Positions 28,454 through 37,283 of a stretch of DNA of 64,000 bases are shown here, in pieces. Made by a program: the position numbers and the translations under genes. Every line of letters begins with the position of its first letter. Positions within the stretch are counted from its first letter, which is position 1. Source of the stretch: Candidatus Multivoradales bacterium (GTDB taxonomy: Bacteria > Acidobacteriota > Thermoanaerobaculia > Multivoradales > Multivoraceae); NCBI GenBank assembly GCA_965223325.1, contig CBDCWI010000001.1, forward strand, positions 576,001 through 640,000, given 5' to 3'. Under the pieces are notes generated by a model. It was not told the DNA's origin and searched no databases. It was given only the letters and a program-made list of their open reading frames with translations.

Positions 28454-29596
28454 ATGGACCGACCGCCGAGCCAGCTCGCCCCTCCACGAACCCCCGGCCG
28501 AGCCAGGAGGCTGCGAGCTCGCGCCGGGTGCCGCCTGGCGCTCTCGTGCGCCCTGGGCATCTTCGGAGTCTTCCTTCTCGACCCAGGCTCGGCTGCCAAC
28601 GCCCAGGAGTCGTCCGAGGGGACGGTCGATGGGTTGCGTTCCGAGCTCGATTCGCTGCGCACATCGCTCGGCCACCGGCTCGATACCTTGTCGCGACAGG
28701 TCGACGATCTGATGTTCTTCCAGCGCCTCGGCGACGTCGCTGAGATCGACATTCTCTGGATCACCGGACCGCCGCTGCGCTACCAGCCCAACCCGACCGC
28801 TCAGGGCGCCGGGAACCCGTTCCGCTTCTGGACCTACGTCTTCATTCCGCGGCAGATCGATCAGACGGCTCGCCACCCGTTGATCGTCCTACCGCACGGC
28901 GGAGTCCACGGCCACTTCGACACCCGCTACGTGCACATCCTGCGCGAGCTGCTCGAACAGGGCTACACCGTCACGGCGCCCGAGTATCGCGGCTCAATCG
29001 GCTACGGCCGATCGACCTACAACGCCATCGACTACGGTGGCACTGAGATCGAAGACACCTACGCAGCGCGCAACGAGGTCCTCGCGAGCTATCCCTTCCT
29101 CGACCCAAAGCGCGTCGGCATCATCGGCTGGAGCCACGGCGGCCTGCACACCTTGATGAACGTCTTCGAACACGGCGACAGCTATGCGGTTGCCTATGCC
29201 GGGGTGCCGGTCTCCGACCTGATCGCGCGCATGGGCTACAAGAGTCAGCGCTACCGCGACTTCTACGAGGCCGAGCACCACATCGGCAAGAGTGCCGCCG
29301 AAGACGTCGAGGAGTACCGCCGCCGCTCCCCTTCGTGGAACACCCACAAGTACGACGGCACACCACTCTTGATCCACACCACGACCAATGACGAGGACGT
29401 CAACGTCTTCGAGGTCGAGCGCCTGATCCAGGCGCTCCAGGCCAACGGCACGCCTGGCTTCGAGTACGAGATCTACGAAGACGCCCCGGGTGGGCATGTC
29501 TTCGATCGTCTCGATACTCCGGCCGCCCGCAAGATCCGTCAGAAAACCTGGCGCTTCCTCGCCCGCCGCTTGCAGCCCGCCAACCCGCCGGACTAG
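28454..29596 (+). CDS. S9 family prolyl oligopeptidase / alpha-beta hydrolase
   Basis: 'HGG.HG', 'YRGS.GYG', nucleophile 'GWSHGG', 'DEDV' and 'GGH.F'. Confidence 0.9.
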   Translation: MDRPPSQLAPPRTPGRARRLRARAGCRLALSCALGIFGVFLLDPGSAANAQESSEGTVDGLRSELDSLRTSLGHRLDTLSRQVDDLMFFQRLGDVAEIDILWITGPPLRYQPNPTAQGAGNPFRFWTYVFIPRQIDQTARHPLIVLPHGGVHGHFDTRYVHILRELLEQGYTVTAPEYRGSIGYGRSTYNAIDYGGTEIEDTYAARNEVLASYPFLDPKRVGIIGWSHGGLHTLMNVFEHGDSYAVAYAGVPVSDLIARMGYKSQRYRDFYEAEHHIGKSAAEDVEEYRRRSPSWNTHKYDGTPLLIHTTTNDEDVNVFEVERLIQALQANGTPGFEYEIYEDAPGGHVFDRLDTPAARKIRQKTWRFLARRLQPANPPD

Positions 29597-29605
29597 GGAG
29601 CTGGC

Positions 29606-30007
29606 TCATGCCTCGGGCGACACTGCGGGCGGTTGCCAGAGCTCGACTTTCGTGCCGTCGCAGTCGAGCACCCAGGCAAAACGCCCGTACTCTTCGTCGA
29701 CAACATCTCCGACCTGCTCGACGCCCTCTCTGGCCAGGCGCTCGAGCACTGCGTCGAGGTCGTCGACCCGGAAGTTCAGCATGAACGGCGCCGGACTCGG
29801 ATCGAAGTACTCGGTGTCACCCGGAAAGGGCGAAATGACGGTCATCCCGACAGTCTCCGGGTCGTCCTTTTCGCGCCACTCGAACAACCAGCCGTAGCCA
29901 TCGTCGGCCAGCGGCACGCCCAGCTTTTCGCGGTACCACTTCTGCATGCGCGGCTTGTCGGGGGTCTTCCAGAAGACGCCACCCAGCCCGGTGATCTTGT
30001 CGTTCAT
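29606..30007 (-). CDS. VOC/glyoxalase family protein
   Basis: 'ITGLGGVF.K', 'MLNFRVDDL' and 'YGRFAWV.D.DG.KVELWQP'. Confidence 0.9.
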   Translation of the reverse strand: MNDKITGLGGVFWKTPDKPRMQKWYREKLGVPLADDGYGWLFEWREKDDPETVGMTVISPFPGDTEYFDPSPAPFMLNFRVDDLDAVLERLAREGVEQVGDVVDEEYGRFAWVLDCDGTKVELWQPPAVSPEA

Positions 30008-30084
30008 ACTGACTCCCTTGGGTGATTCTCCGAGAGTGTAGACCAGCTCGATAGGGCCCAAACCGAGCGCAACGGGGATCGATC

Positions 30085-30978
30085 TCACGGCCCCAGCCCA
30101 GGAACGATTCGCTTCTCGAGCTCGGCGCGGGTCGCGTCGTCTACGGCAACCGCCCGTCGTTCCACCAGATCGAGAGTCACCGCCACCGCTTCGGCGCTCG
30201 CAAGACCTTCACCGGTGTCGGCATCCAGAACCCAGTGGCAGAAGTTACGGGTCTTGCGCCCCTGGGCGCGAAGCCCACTCCGAACCTCGAGACGCTGCCC
30301 TGAGAGCGCCGGCCGCCGGAAGACGAAACGGTACTCGAGCGCTGCGCCGCCAATGCCGTCGGCTTGCGAACGGTCCTCGCCGCGCAGGTCCTGGACCAGT
30401 GCCGGAATGCCCTCGGAGAGCACCGCCATGAATCCGGCCGCGGTGAGACGTCGATCGGCTCCGTAGTGGATCGCTGGCGCCTCGCCGAGGAAGATGCGCA
30501 CCAGGCCGAGCTCCTGCGCCTCGGCGAGCGAGATCTCCTCGCGCGGAGGCGCCATGTCGATTCCGCGCGGCCGGGCCGCCTCCGACCTCTCGGTGCTGAA
30601 CTCGGCGAGGCGCTCGGGCACGGCGTGCACGACTGCTCCTTCGGGGAGCCGGTAGCTGGCGACGAAAGTCGCGCACAGGTCGTCGTCAACCAAGCGTCGC
30701 ATCTCGCCGTAGAGCTCGAGATGAGCGGCGGTCAGAGACAACACTCCACCGCGGAAGACATAGGCCGCGCCGGCGCGCAGCTCCCTTTGAAACTTCACGT
30801 GGTACGACTCTGCCCGACCGAGCGCCGGGCCCGCCACCAGCCCGGCGGCTGAGAACAGCCGGTGCGCCAGCCAGGAGAACCCCGACTCCGCATGGCTCAT
30901 GTAGAACTGGACGTTGAGGTGCCCCATCGCATCGCACTCCCAGGTCTGCACACTGCTTCTCGCTAGCTCGATCAACAC
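30085..30978 (-). CDS. Acyl-CoA thioesterase (double hot-dog)
   Basis: 'WECDAMGHLNV..Y'. AAGGAG RBS before GTG 30978. Confidence 0.85.
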   Translation of the reverse strand: MLIELARSSVQTWECDAMGHLNVQFYMSHAESGFSWLAHRLFSAAGLVAGPALGRAESYHVKFQRELRAGAAYVFRGGVLSLTAAHLELYGEMRRLVDDDLCATFVASYRLPEGAVVHAVPERLAEFSTERSEAARPRGIDMAPPREEISLAEAQELGLVRIFLGEAPAIHYGADRRLTAAGFMAVLSEGIPALVQDLRGEDRSQADGIGGAALEYRFVFRRPALSGQRLEVRSGLRAQGRKTRNFCHWVLDADTGEGLASAEAVAVTLDLVERRAVAVDDATRAELEKRIVPGLGP

Positions 30979-31158
30979 ACTCTCCTTCCGCCACGGCAAG
31001 TGGCTATCCCACTGGCGCGCCACCTTACTGGGTTCCGGCGCGACTCCTACTCCATCCACGCCGCGGCTCGGTCGACTGCGGCTGGATCGCCGCCTGGAGC
31101 CCCCTTTTCAGGCGCAAGCACGGAGTCGCGATAGAATGAACTGTTCGGGTACCTTGAT

Positions 31159-32472
31159 ATGAGCACTCCCACCCCTACCCCCAGACCGGCCAGCGCCAAG
31201 GCGGCGCAGCGTCGGCTCCGCCTCGGAGACCTTCTGCTCCGCGAAGGCCTGGTGACGCGCGAGCAGATCCAGAAGGCGCTCTCTCGCCAACGCATTCTCG
31301 GCGGCCTGATTGGCACCAACCTGCTCGACATCGGGGCGGTTCCGGAGGAGCTGCTCCTCGAGATCCTCGGCCAGCAGGTGGGTACGCCGACTGTCGAGGC
31401 CACGATGCTCGACAACATCGATCCCCAGGTCCTCAACCGGCTGCCCAAAGACATCGTCAAGCGCTACCAGGTGGTGCCCTTTCGCATCGACGGCGGCACG
31501 CTGCTGGTTGCCTCGACGACTCCGCATCAGCTGGGCGTCGAAGAGGAGATCAAAGCGTTGGGCGGCACCATGGCGCGCTCCTACGTCGGCCTCGAGGTGC
31601 GGATCTGGGAAGCGCTCGAGCGCCACTACCGGCTCCGCCCACCCCTGCGCATGGAGCGCCTGCTGAAACGACTCAACACCGCCGATCCGGCCCTCGACAC
31701 CCAGGAACTACCGCGTGACATGACGCGTGAGACGGCGCCGCTCGATCGCCTCAAGGTCCCCGAGGCACGCCCCACAGCACTCGATCTCCTGGCTTCAGGT
31801 TCCCAAGAGGAGCTCTTGGGGAGCGACGACAGCTTGTGGCGCGGGCTCGACCTCGACGAGGTCGACCGCAAGGCGCGGATGGACGCTCGGGCTCGAAACG
31901 CACAGGAAGAGCTCCGGCAGTCAGCCGAACAGGATGCCCAGACCTTTGGCACCAGCGATCTGGTGAAGATCGTCGACGATGGCCCCCTGCGAACGGCTCT
32001 CCTCGAGCTCTCCCACACCACGCGCCGGGAGCATGTCGCGGAGCTCATGCTCGAGGGCACCGCCCACCTCTTCGAACGCCGCCTGCTGATGGCTTCGCGC
32101 GGGGACCGCATCATCGGGTGGCGGGGCTCCGGTACGGGCCTGGTGAGTCTGCGGGTTCACACCCTCTCCTTCGCCGCCCACGAGTCGCCGGTCTTTCTCT
32201 CGCTTCGCAATGGCTCGGCCTTCTGGCTCGGCACCCTGCCACGAGCCCCGATCCACGATCGGGTGGCGGAGATTTTCGGCGGTCGCTACCCGAAAGACTG
32301 TGTCGTCATTCCCATCCGGGTCCGCGATCGCATCGTTGCCAGTCTCTATGCCGACAACCTCGAGGGCAGTGTCGCCGGAACGCCCATCGCCCAGCTCGCC
32401 GCTCTCTCTGAAGCCGCGGCGGGAGCCCTGGTGCGCTACATGCGAGAACGCAAGAGCCAGTCGACGCCCTGA
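31159..32472 (+). CDS. MshEN (GspE/PilB N-terminal) domain protein lacking an ATPase domain
   Basis: 'RLGDLLLREGLVTREQIQKALSRQ' followed by a second half-motif. No Walker A seen. GAF-like C-terminus. Confidence 0.8.
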   Translation: MSTPTPTPRPASAKAAQRRLRLGDLLLREGLVTREQIQKALSRQRILGGLIGTNLLDIGAVPEELLLEILGQQVGTPTVEATMLDNIDPQVLNRLPKDIVKRYQVVPFRIDGGTLLVASTTPHQLGVEEEIKALGGTMARSYVGLEVRIWEALERHYRLRPPLRMERLLKRLNTADPALDTQELPRDMTRETAPLDRLKVPEARPTALDLLASGSQEELLGSDDSLWRGLDLDEVDRKARMDARARNAQEELRQSAEQDAQTFGTSDLVKIVDDGPLRTALLELSHTTRREHVAELMLEGTAHLFERRLLMASRGDRIIGWRGSGTGLVSLRVHTLSFAAHESPVFLSLRNGSAFWLGTLPRAPIHDRVAEIFGGRYPKDCVVIPIRVRDRIVASLYADNLEGSVAGTPIAQLAALSEAAAGALVRYMRERKSQSTP

Positions 32473-32598
32473 GTCAACGCGCCCTCGAGAGACCGCCCGA
32501 AAGAATCGCGGAAGCGAGCGGGCAAACCGGCGTCGACTGGACTCCCCTCCTGGTGGCGGCTGCCAGACGCCGCCTGGGTGCATTGCCCCGCGAACGAC

Positions 32599-32630
32599 TC
32601 CTCAGACCTACGAATCCTCAGACCTACGAA
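32599..32630 (+). repeat. 16-bp perfect tandem direct repeat TCCTCAGACCTACGAA x2
   Basis: 32599-32614 and 32615-32630, about 20 bp before the next gene. Confidence 0.8.
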
Positions 32631-32649
32631 ACTCCGAGAACCCTTATCA

Positions 32650-33663
32650 GTGACTGAACGCCACGCCCGCCTCCGCCCGCCGAGCGCCCCGGTGCCACCA
32701 CTGGTTTCCCTCCCGCTCACCGTTCTGCTCACCGCCGCCCTCCTTCTGGCGACCTTCGCTGGCCTGGCGGCGGCCGACGATCGCCAGGAGGAGAACCCGC
32801 AGGAACCACGCACGGTTCTGCTCGAGATCTTCACCAACACCAGCTGCGGCCACTGCCCCGATGGGGATCTCGAGCGCGAGCGCCTGCAGGAGGAGTGGGG
32901 CGCGCGGCTGATCGTCGCCGAACACCATCAGTTCGATGCCATGGAGTCACCAGTGGCACACCCCGTCGGCACGGCGATGAATCTGTTCGCGCGCCCAACG
33001 GCTGCCGTTGATCGCACTGATACCCGCGTCTTGATGCGCACACTCTGGGCCGAAGAGCTCGAAGCGAGAATGGCCGAACCGGCCCTGGCACAGGTCTACG
33101 TCGACACCCGTTGGAACGAAACCACGCGCGCTCTCGACATCGCCATGGCAGTCCTCTTCGACAGCTCCACGACCGGCGCACTGACGACTGGCTGTCTGGT
33201 TCTCGAAGACCCTGTGGTTGGCGAGGGGCCCGGCTACGACCAGGCAAACTTCTCGGACGGCGACCCAGACCACCCCTACGGCGATGCCGGCGACCCGATC
33301 GTCGGCTTCGAACACCGCTACATCGTCCGCGAGGCACCCGGCGGAGCTTTTGGAACCACCGATTCGATTCCCGCGACGGTCGCCGCCGGCGACTTGTACG
33401 AGGAACGTTTCGACGTCACCCTTCCCGGCGAAGACGGCCCCGATCACTGGAGCGTCGCCTGCTACGTCGCCTGGGGCGAGGACGGCGGACCGAGCGGACA
33501 GACGTCGCGTGAGATCGAAGCGAGCGCCTGGACACCGATCGGCGGCAGTTCACCGACGACCCTCTTGTCGTTCGACGCCTTCGAAAGTGGCGGAACCGAC
33601 CACTGGGACCACACGCTGGGCGGTGCACCGCCTGGAGAACCTGGCGGCGGCGAAGAAGGCTGA
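32650..33663 (+). CDS. Omp28-related thioredoxin-like (CxxC) secreted protein
   Basis: 'VLLEIFT..SCGHCP', 'P.AAVDR', 'Q.N' and 'F.H...VR' pattern. Signal peptide present. Confidence 0.75.
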   Translation: MTERHARLRPPSAPVPPLVSLPLTVLLTAALLLATFAGLAAADDRQEENPQEPRTVLLEIFTNTSCGHCPDGDLERERLQEEWGARLIVAEHHQFDAMESPVAHPVGTAMNLFARPTAAVDRTDTRVLMRTLWAEELEARMAEPALAQVYVDTRWNETTRALDIAMAVLFDSSTTGALTTGCLVLEDPVVGEGPGYDQANFSDGDPDHPYGDAGDPIVGFEHRYIVREAPGGAFGTTDSIPATVAAGDLYEERFDVTLPGEDGPDHWSVACYVAWGEDGGPSGQTSREIEASAWTPIGGSSPTTLLSFDAFESGGTDHWDHTLGGAPPGEPGGGEEG

Positions 33664-33673
33664 GGTCGAGCTG

Positions 33674-34084
33674 TCAGCGACCGCAATGGATCACGCAGCG
33701 GCGTTTCGATCCCCGCGTTCGATGCTCCCACAAGAAAACGCCCTGCCAGGTGCCGAGAGCCAGGCGACCCGCGACGATCGGAATCGATAGTGTCGTGGAG
33801 GTGAGAGCGGCCTTGATGTGAGACGGCATGTCGTCGGGGCCTTCTTCGTGGTGCTCGTAGCGACCGTCGCCGCCGTCTGGCACCAGGCGATCGAGAAAGC
33901 GCTCTAGGTCGCGCCGCGCCGCCGGTGACGCGTTCTCCTGAATCGTCAGGCTGGCCGAGGTGTGGCGCACCATGACGGTGCAAAGGCCCTCTTCGAGCCC
34001 AGCCGCCCGGACGACCGAAGACACCGCACCCGTGATCTCCAAGAGGCCCCGCCCCGCGGTCTCGACTTCGATCTGATCGATCAT
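33674..34084 (-). CDS. yjbQ: YjbQ (UPF0047) family protein
   Basis: 'HTSASL.IQENA', 'EGPDDMPSHIK' and 'LGTWQG..L.EHR'. Confidence 0.92.
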   Translation of the reverse strand: MIDQIEVETAGRGLLEITGAVSSVVRAAGLEEGLCTVMVRHTSASLTIQENASPAARRDLERFLDRLVPDGGDGRYEHHEEGPDDMPSHIKAALTSTTLSIPIVAGRLALGTWQGVFLWEHRTRGSKRRCVIHCGR

Positions 34085-34103
34085 TCGCCGTTTCGAAAGA
34101 AGG

Positions 34104-34961
34104 CTACCGCCTACGACCGGTGTCGAAGGTCTCGCACGAACTCGGGTCGCCGCTCTCGAGGCCGCGACGAAGCCAACCGACTCGTTGCTCGGCACTGCCA
34201 TGGGTCCACGACTCAGGCACTGTGTAGCCCTGAGAACGCTTCTGGATCATGTCGTCACCAATCGCGGCGGCAGCCCGCAGGCCCTCTTCGATGTCGCCTC
34301 GCTCGAGAATGCCGTCGCGCGCCGCGGCGTTTCCCCACACGCCGGCCAGACAGTCGGCCTGAAGCTCTAGCCGCACGGATAGTTCATTGGCCTCAGCCCG
34401 GCCGACGCGGCGCTGCATTTCGTGCACCCGTGGCGCGATCCCGAGCTGGTTCTGGACATGGTGACCGACTTCGTGCGCGAGGACGTAGGCCTGTGCGAAA
34501 TCGCCCGGTGCGCCGAAGCGCCGCTCGAGGGTATCGAAGAACGCGAGGTCGACGTAGACCTTCTGGTCGGCCGGGCAGTAGAAGGGCCCGACGGCGGCCG
34601 AGTTATAGCCACAGGCAGACTGGACAGCGTTGCCGAACAACACCAAGCGCGGCTCGCGGTACTGATGGCCGAGCTGCGGCAGCATGCGGTTCCAGGTGTC
34701 TTCGGTGTGGGCAAGGACACGGCTGGCGAACACACCGAGCTCGTCGTTGGCCGGGCGTACGTCGTGAGTGCTGGGACCGGGCTGTGGTTGGCCACCGGCG
34801 CCACCCACCAGATCCGCAAGCTGGCTGGGATCGGCACCGGTAATCGCAGCGATCACCAGAATGAGAATCAGGCCGCCACAACCGATTGGCATGCCCCGCC
34901 GCATGGCCTGCCCACGACGGTCTTCAACGTTGGTGCTCTGGCGTCTTCCTTCGAGCCGCAT
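34104..34961 (-). CDS. YpfJ-type neutral zinc metallopeptidase
   Basis: 'S.NVEDRRG', 'GPFYCPAD.KVY', HEVGH, 'ELQADC.AG' and 'WTHGS'. Confidence 0.92.
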   Translation of the reverse strand: MRLEGRRQSTNVEDRRGQAMRRGMPIGCGGLILILVIAAITGADPSQLADLVGGAGGQPQPGPSTHDVRPANDELGVFASRVLAHTEDTWNRMLPQLGHQYREPRLVLFGNAVQSACGYNSAAVGPFYCPADQKVYVDLAFFDTLERRFGAPGDFAQAYVLAHEVGHHVQNQLGIAPRVHEMQRRVGRAEANELSVRLELQADCLAGVWGNAAARDGILERGDIEEGLRAAAAIGDDMIQKRSQGYTVPESWTHGSAEQRVGWLRRGLESGDPSSCETFDTGRRR

Positions 34962-35137
34962 GACGGTCTACCTCTCTAGCGCCCCTCGGTCTTCTGACCG
35001 GGGGGCCGGGTCTGTGTGAACGGGATGGTTGGACCTATTGTCTCAGATGATGGCCCCGATCGCTGGAGCCAACCCTACGCTGGTGCCTCGTCCTGACGCC
35101 GCACGAGTCAGGATCGCCGCTGGCTATACTGCGCGCA

Positions 35138-36322
35138 ATGTGCAACCAGCCAACCGGCTCCCTCTTCGACGGTTTACGGGTCGTCGAAGCCGCGACCATG
35201 GTGATGGTGCCCTCGGTGGGAGCGATCTTTGCCGACTACGGCGCGGACGTCATCAAGGTCGAGCCGCCAGGCGGTGACCTCAATCGCCGCGGCCATCAGA
35301 TTCCGGGAATGCCGGTCTCAGAGCTCGAGTACTGCTATCTGCAGTGCAACCGCAACAAGCGTAGCGTCGTCCTCGATCTGAAAGAGGACCCCGACCTCGA
35401 CGCCTTCCGCCGACTGGTGGCTTCTGCCGACGTTTTTCTCACCAACTATCGGCAGTCGGCACTCACCCGGCTCGGCATCGACTGGCCGACCCTCGAGGCG
35501 ATCAACCCAGGGCTCATCTACGCCCATGGCACTGGCTACGGTGATCGCGGCGAAGAAAGCACCAAACCCGGCTTCGACGCTGTTTGCTACTGGTCACGCT
35601 CGGCCCTCGAAGCCACCATCTTCCCGCTCGAGGGCTGGCTTGGTTCTTTGCCGTACGGTTCAGGTGATCACCCCAGCGGCATGTCGCTCTACGCAGCGGT
35701 CATGACGGCGCTCTTCCGTCGCCACCAGACCGGAAAGGGCGGGCGTGTCAGCACGTCGCTCATCGCCAACGGGGCCTGGAGTAACTCCATCATCATCCAG
35801 GCGCGCCTCGCCGAAGCTGAATTCCTCGAGCCCAGGCCGCGGGCTGAGTCGCGTAACTTCGCCGCGGTCTACTACAAGAGTGCTTGCGATCGCGTCTTCA
35901 AGTTCACCATCGTCGACCATCCCGGCACCTGGCCACGCCTCTGCCGCGCCGTCGGCCGCGAGGAGTGGATCGAGGATCCGCGCACCCGCGACATGGAAGC
36001 GCGCGGACTCCGCATGCCACAGTTGATCGCCGAGCTCGACCTGATCTTCCGCCAACGCGACATCGAACACTGGGCCAGCGCCTTCGAGCGCCATGACGTT
36101 CCGTTCAGCCTCCTCTCCGACTACGACGAGGTCGTCCTCGACCCACAAATGCAGGCCAACGGAGTCTTTCTCGAGTACGACGATCCTGAGTACGGACCGC
36201 TGCGCTCGGTCAACAACCCACTGCAGCTCGACGGCACTGACCAGGTCACTCCCCGAACCGCACCACGGCTTGGTGAGCACACCGAAGAGGTACTACGAGA
36301 GATCGGCCAGCGGCTCGATTAG
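35138..36322 (+). CDS. CaiB/BaiF class III CoA-transferase
   Basis: 'GADVIKVEPPGGD', 'NRNKRS..LDLK' and 'APRLGEHT'. Confidence 0.92.
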   Translation: MCNQPTGSLFDGLRVVEAATMVMVPSVGAIFADYGADVIKVEPPGGDLNRRGHQIPGMPVSELEYCYLQCNRNKRSVVLDLKEDPDLDAFRRLVASADVFLTNYRQSALTRLGIDWPTLEAINPGLIYAHGTGYGDRGEESTKPGFDAVCYWSRSALEATIFPLEGWLGSLPYGSGDHPSGMSLYAAVMTALFRRHQTGKGGRVSTSLIANGAWSNSIIIQARLAEAEFLEPRPRAESRNFAAVYYKSACDRVFKFTIVDHPGTWPRLCRAVGREEWIEDPRTRDMEARGLRMPQLIAELDLIFRQRDIEHWASAFERHDVPFSLLSDYDEVVLDPQMQANGVFLEYDDPEYGPLRSVNNPLQLDGTDQVTPRTAPRLGEHTEEVLREIGQRLD

Positions 36323-37215
36323 TCGAGGCGCTCGAGCTCGAGCTCGAGCTCGGCAACTCGCGCCTTGCTGGCGGAGGCTTTTTCCTGTTGGTCGGCTAGG
36401 CGCGTGCGGCTGCGCTCTCGGGTGCGCTTGGCGCGGTCGAGGAGTTTCGTGAGTCTCTCTTCTTCCTTTCGCGCCGCGCGCGCTTCGGTGTTGCTCTGCT
36501 GCAGGCGCTCCTGCTCTTCGCGGTCCTTCGCCCGAGCCCGTTGCAACCGCTTCTCCACCATCACACGGCGGGTGGCAAGGGCGCGGGCGCGCGCCTGTTG
36601 GTCGGTACCCTTGCTGGATACTCCCGCCTGCGCCTGGGCCGCCGCCTTTCTCTTCGGGGCCCCGGCCTTTGCCGACTTCTTCGTCCTTTTCACCCTCTTC
36701 GTCTCGGGGAGGCTCGCCGGCATCTTTTGAAGAGTCGCCAGAACCTCGAAGCCCGGTGGCTCGAGCTCACGCTCGAGACGGCCTGGCGCGGGATCGAGCA
36801 GACCAGAACGACCGTGCACCGCGACGGTTTCGAGCGTGCGCTCGATCTTCTGCATGGTCGCCAGGGCCGCCGCATAGGAAGACGCTTCGAGTTCCTCACT
36901 GGCGCGTTTCATCAAGGCCTCGATCGCGGCGCGGCGGGAAGCACCAGCTGCGGCGATGCCGGCGACGTCACCTTCCTGCTGAGCGAGCCGCTGAGCCTCC
37001 CCGGCCTCGACCAGGCTTGCAAAGCCGTCCTGGTCTCCAAGAGCCAGCCGATTGACGACCCAACCGACGACGTTGGGTTTCTTGAGCCGGGCGACCGCCT
37101 GCGCCTCTTCTTTCTGCCCGCTCTCTTCGAGGGCACGGGCAGCCGCTTTGCGCTCCTCGATGAACGAAGAAAGCGGGACCTGGTAGAGCCGGTCCAGAAG
37201 CTCGTCGAGCTGCAT
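36319..37215 (-). CDS. Hypothetical coiled-coil protein
   Basis: 'LY..P...F...R...A...L' and 'LKKP...W.VN' N-terminal pattern, with a long charged coiled-coil tail. Confidence 0.7.
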   Translation of the reverse strand: MQLDELLDRLYQVPLSSFIEERKAAARALEESGQKEEAQAVARLKKPNVVGWVVNRLALGDQDGFASLVEAGEAQRLAQQEGDVAGIAAAGASRRAAIEALMKRASEELEASSYAAALATMQKIERTLETVAVHGRSGLLDPAPGRLERELEPPGFEVLATLQKMPASLPETKRVKRTKKSAKAGAPKRKAAAQAQAGVSSKGTDQQARARALATRRVMVEKRLQRARAKDREEQERLQQSNTEARAARKEEERLTKLLDRAKRTRERSRTRLADQQEKASASKARVAELELELERLD

Positions 37216-37283
37216 CCGGCCATGATAGCCAAGGGCCGCGCGCAGCCACGCGGGACCTCAGGCACGGTCCGCACGCGACCTTG

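Noticed and set aside
36331-36351. CTCGAG tandem repeats and general CTCGAG abundance
   Set aside because: Explained by Leu-Glu codon usage (ELELE) in GC-rich genes.
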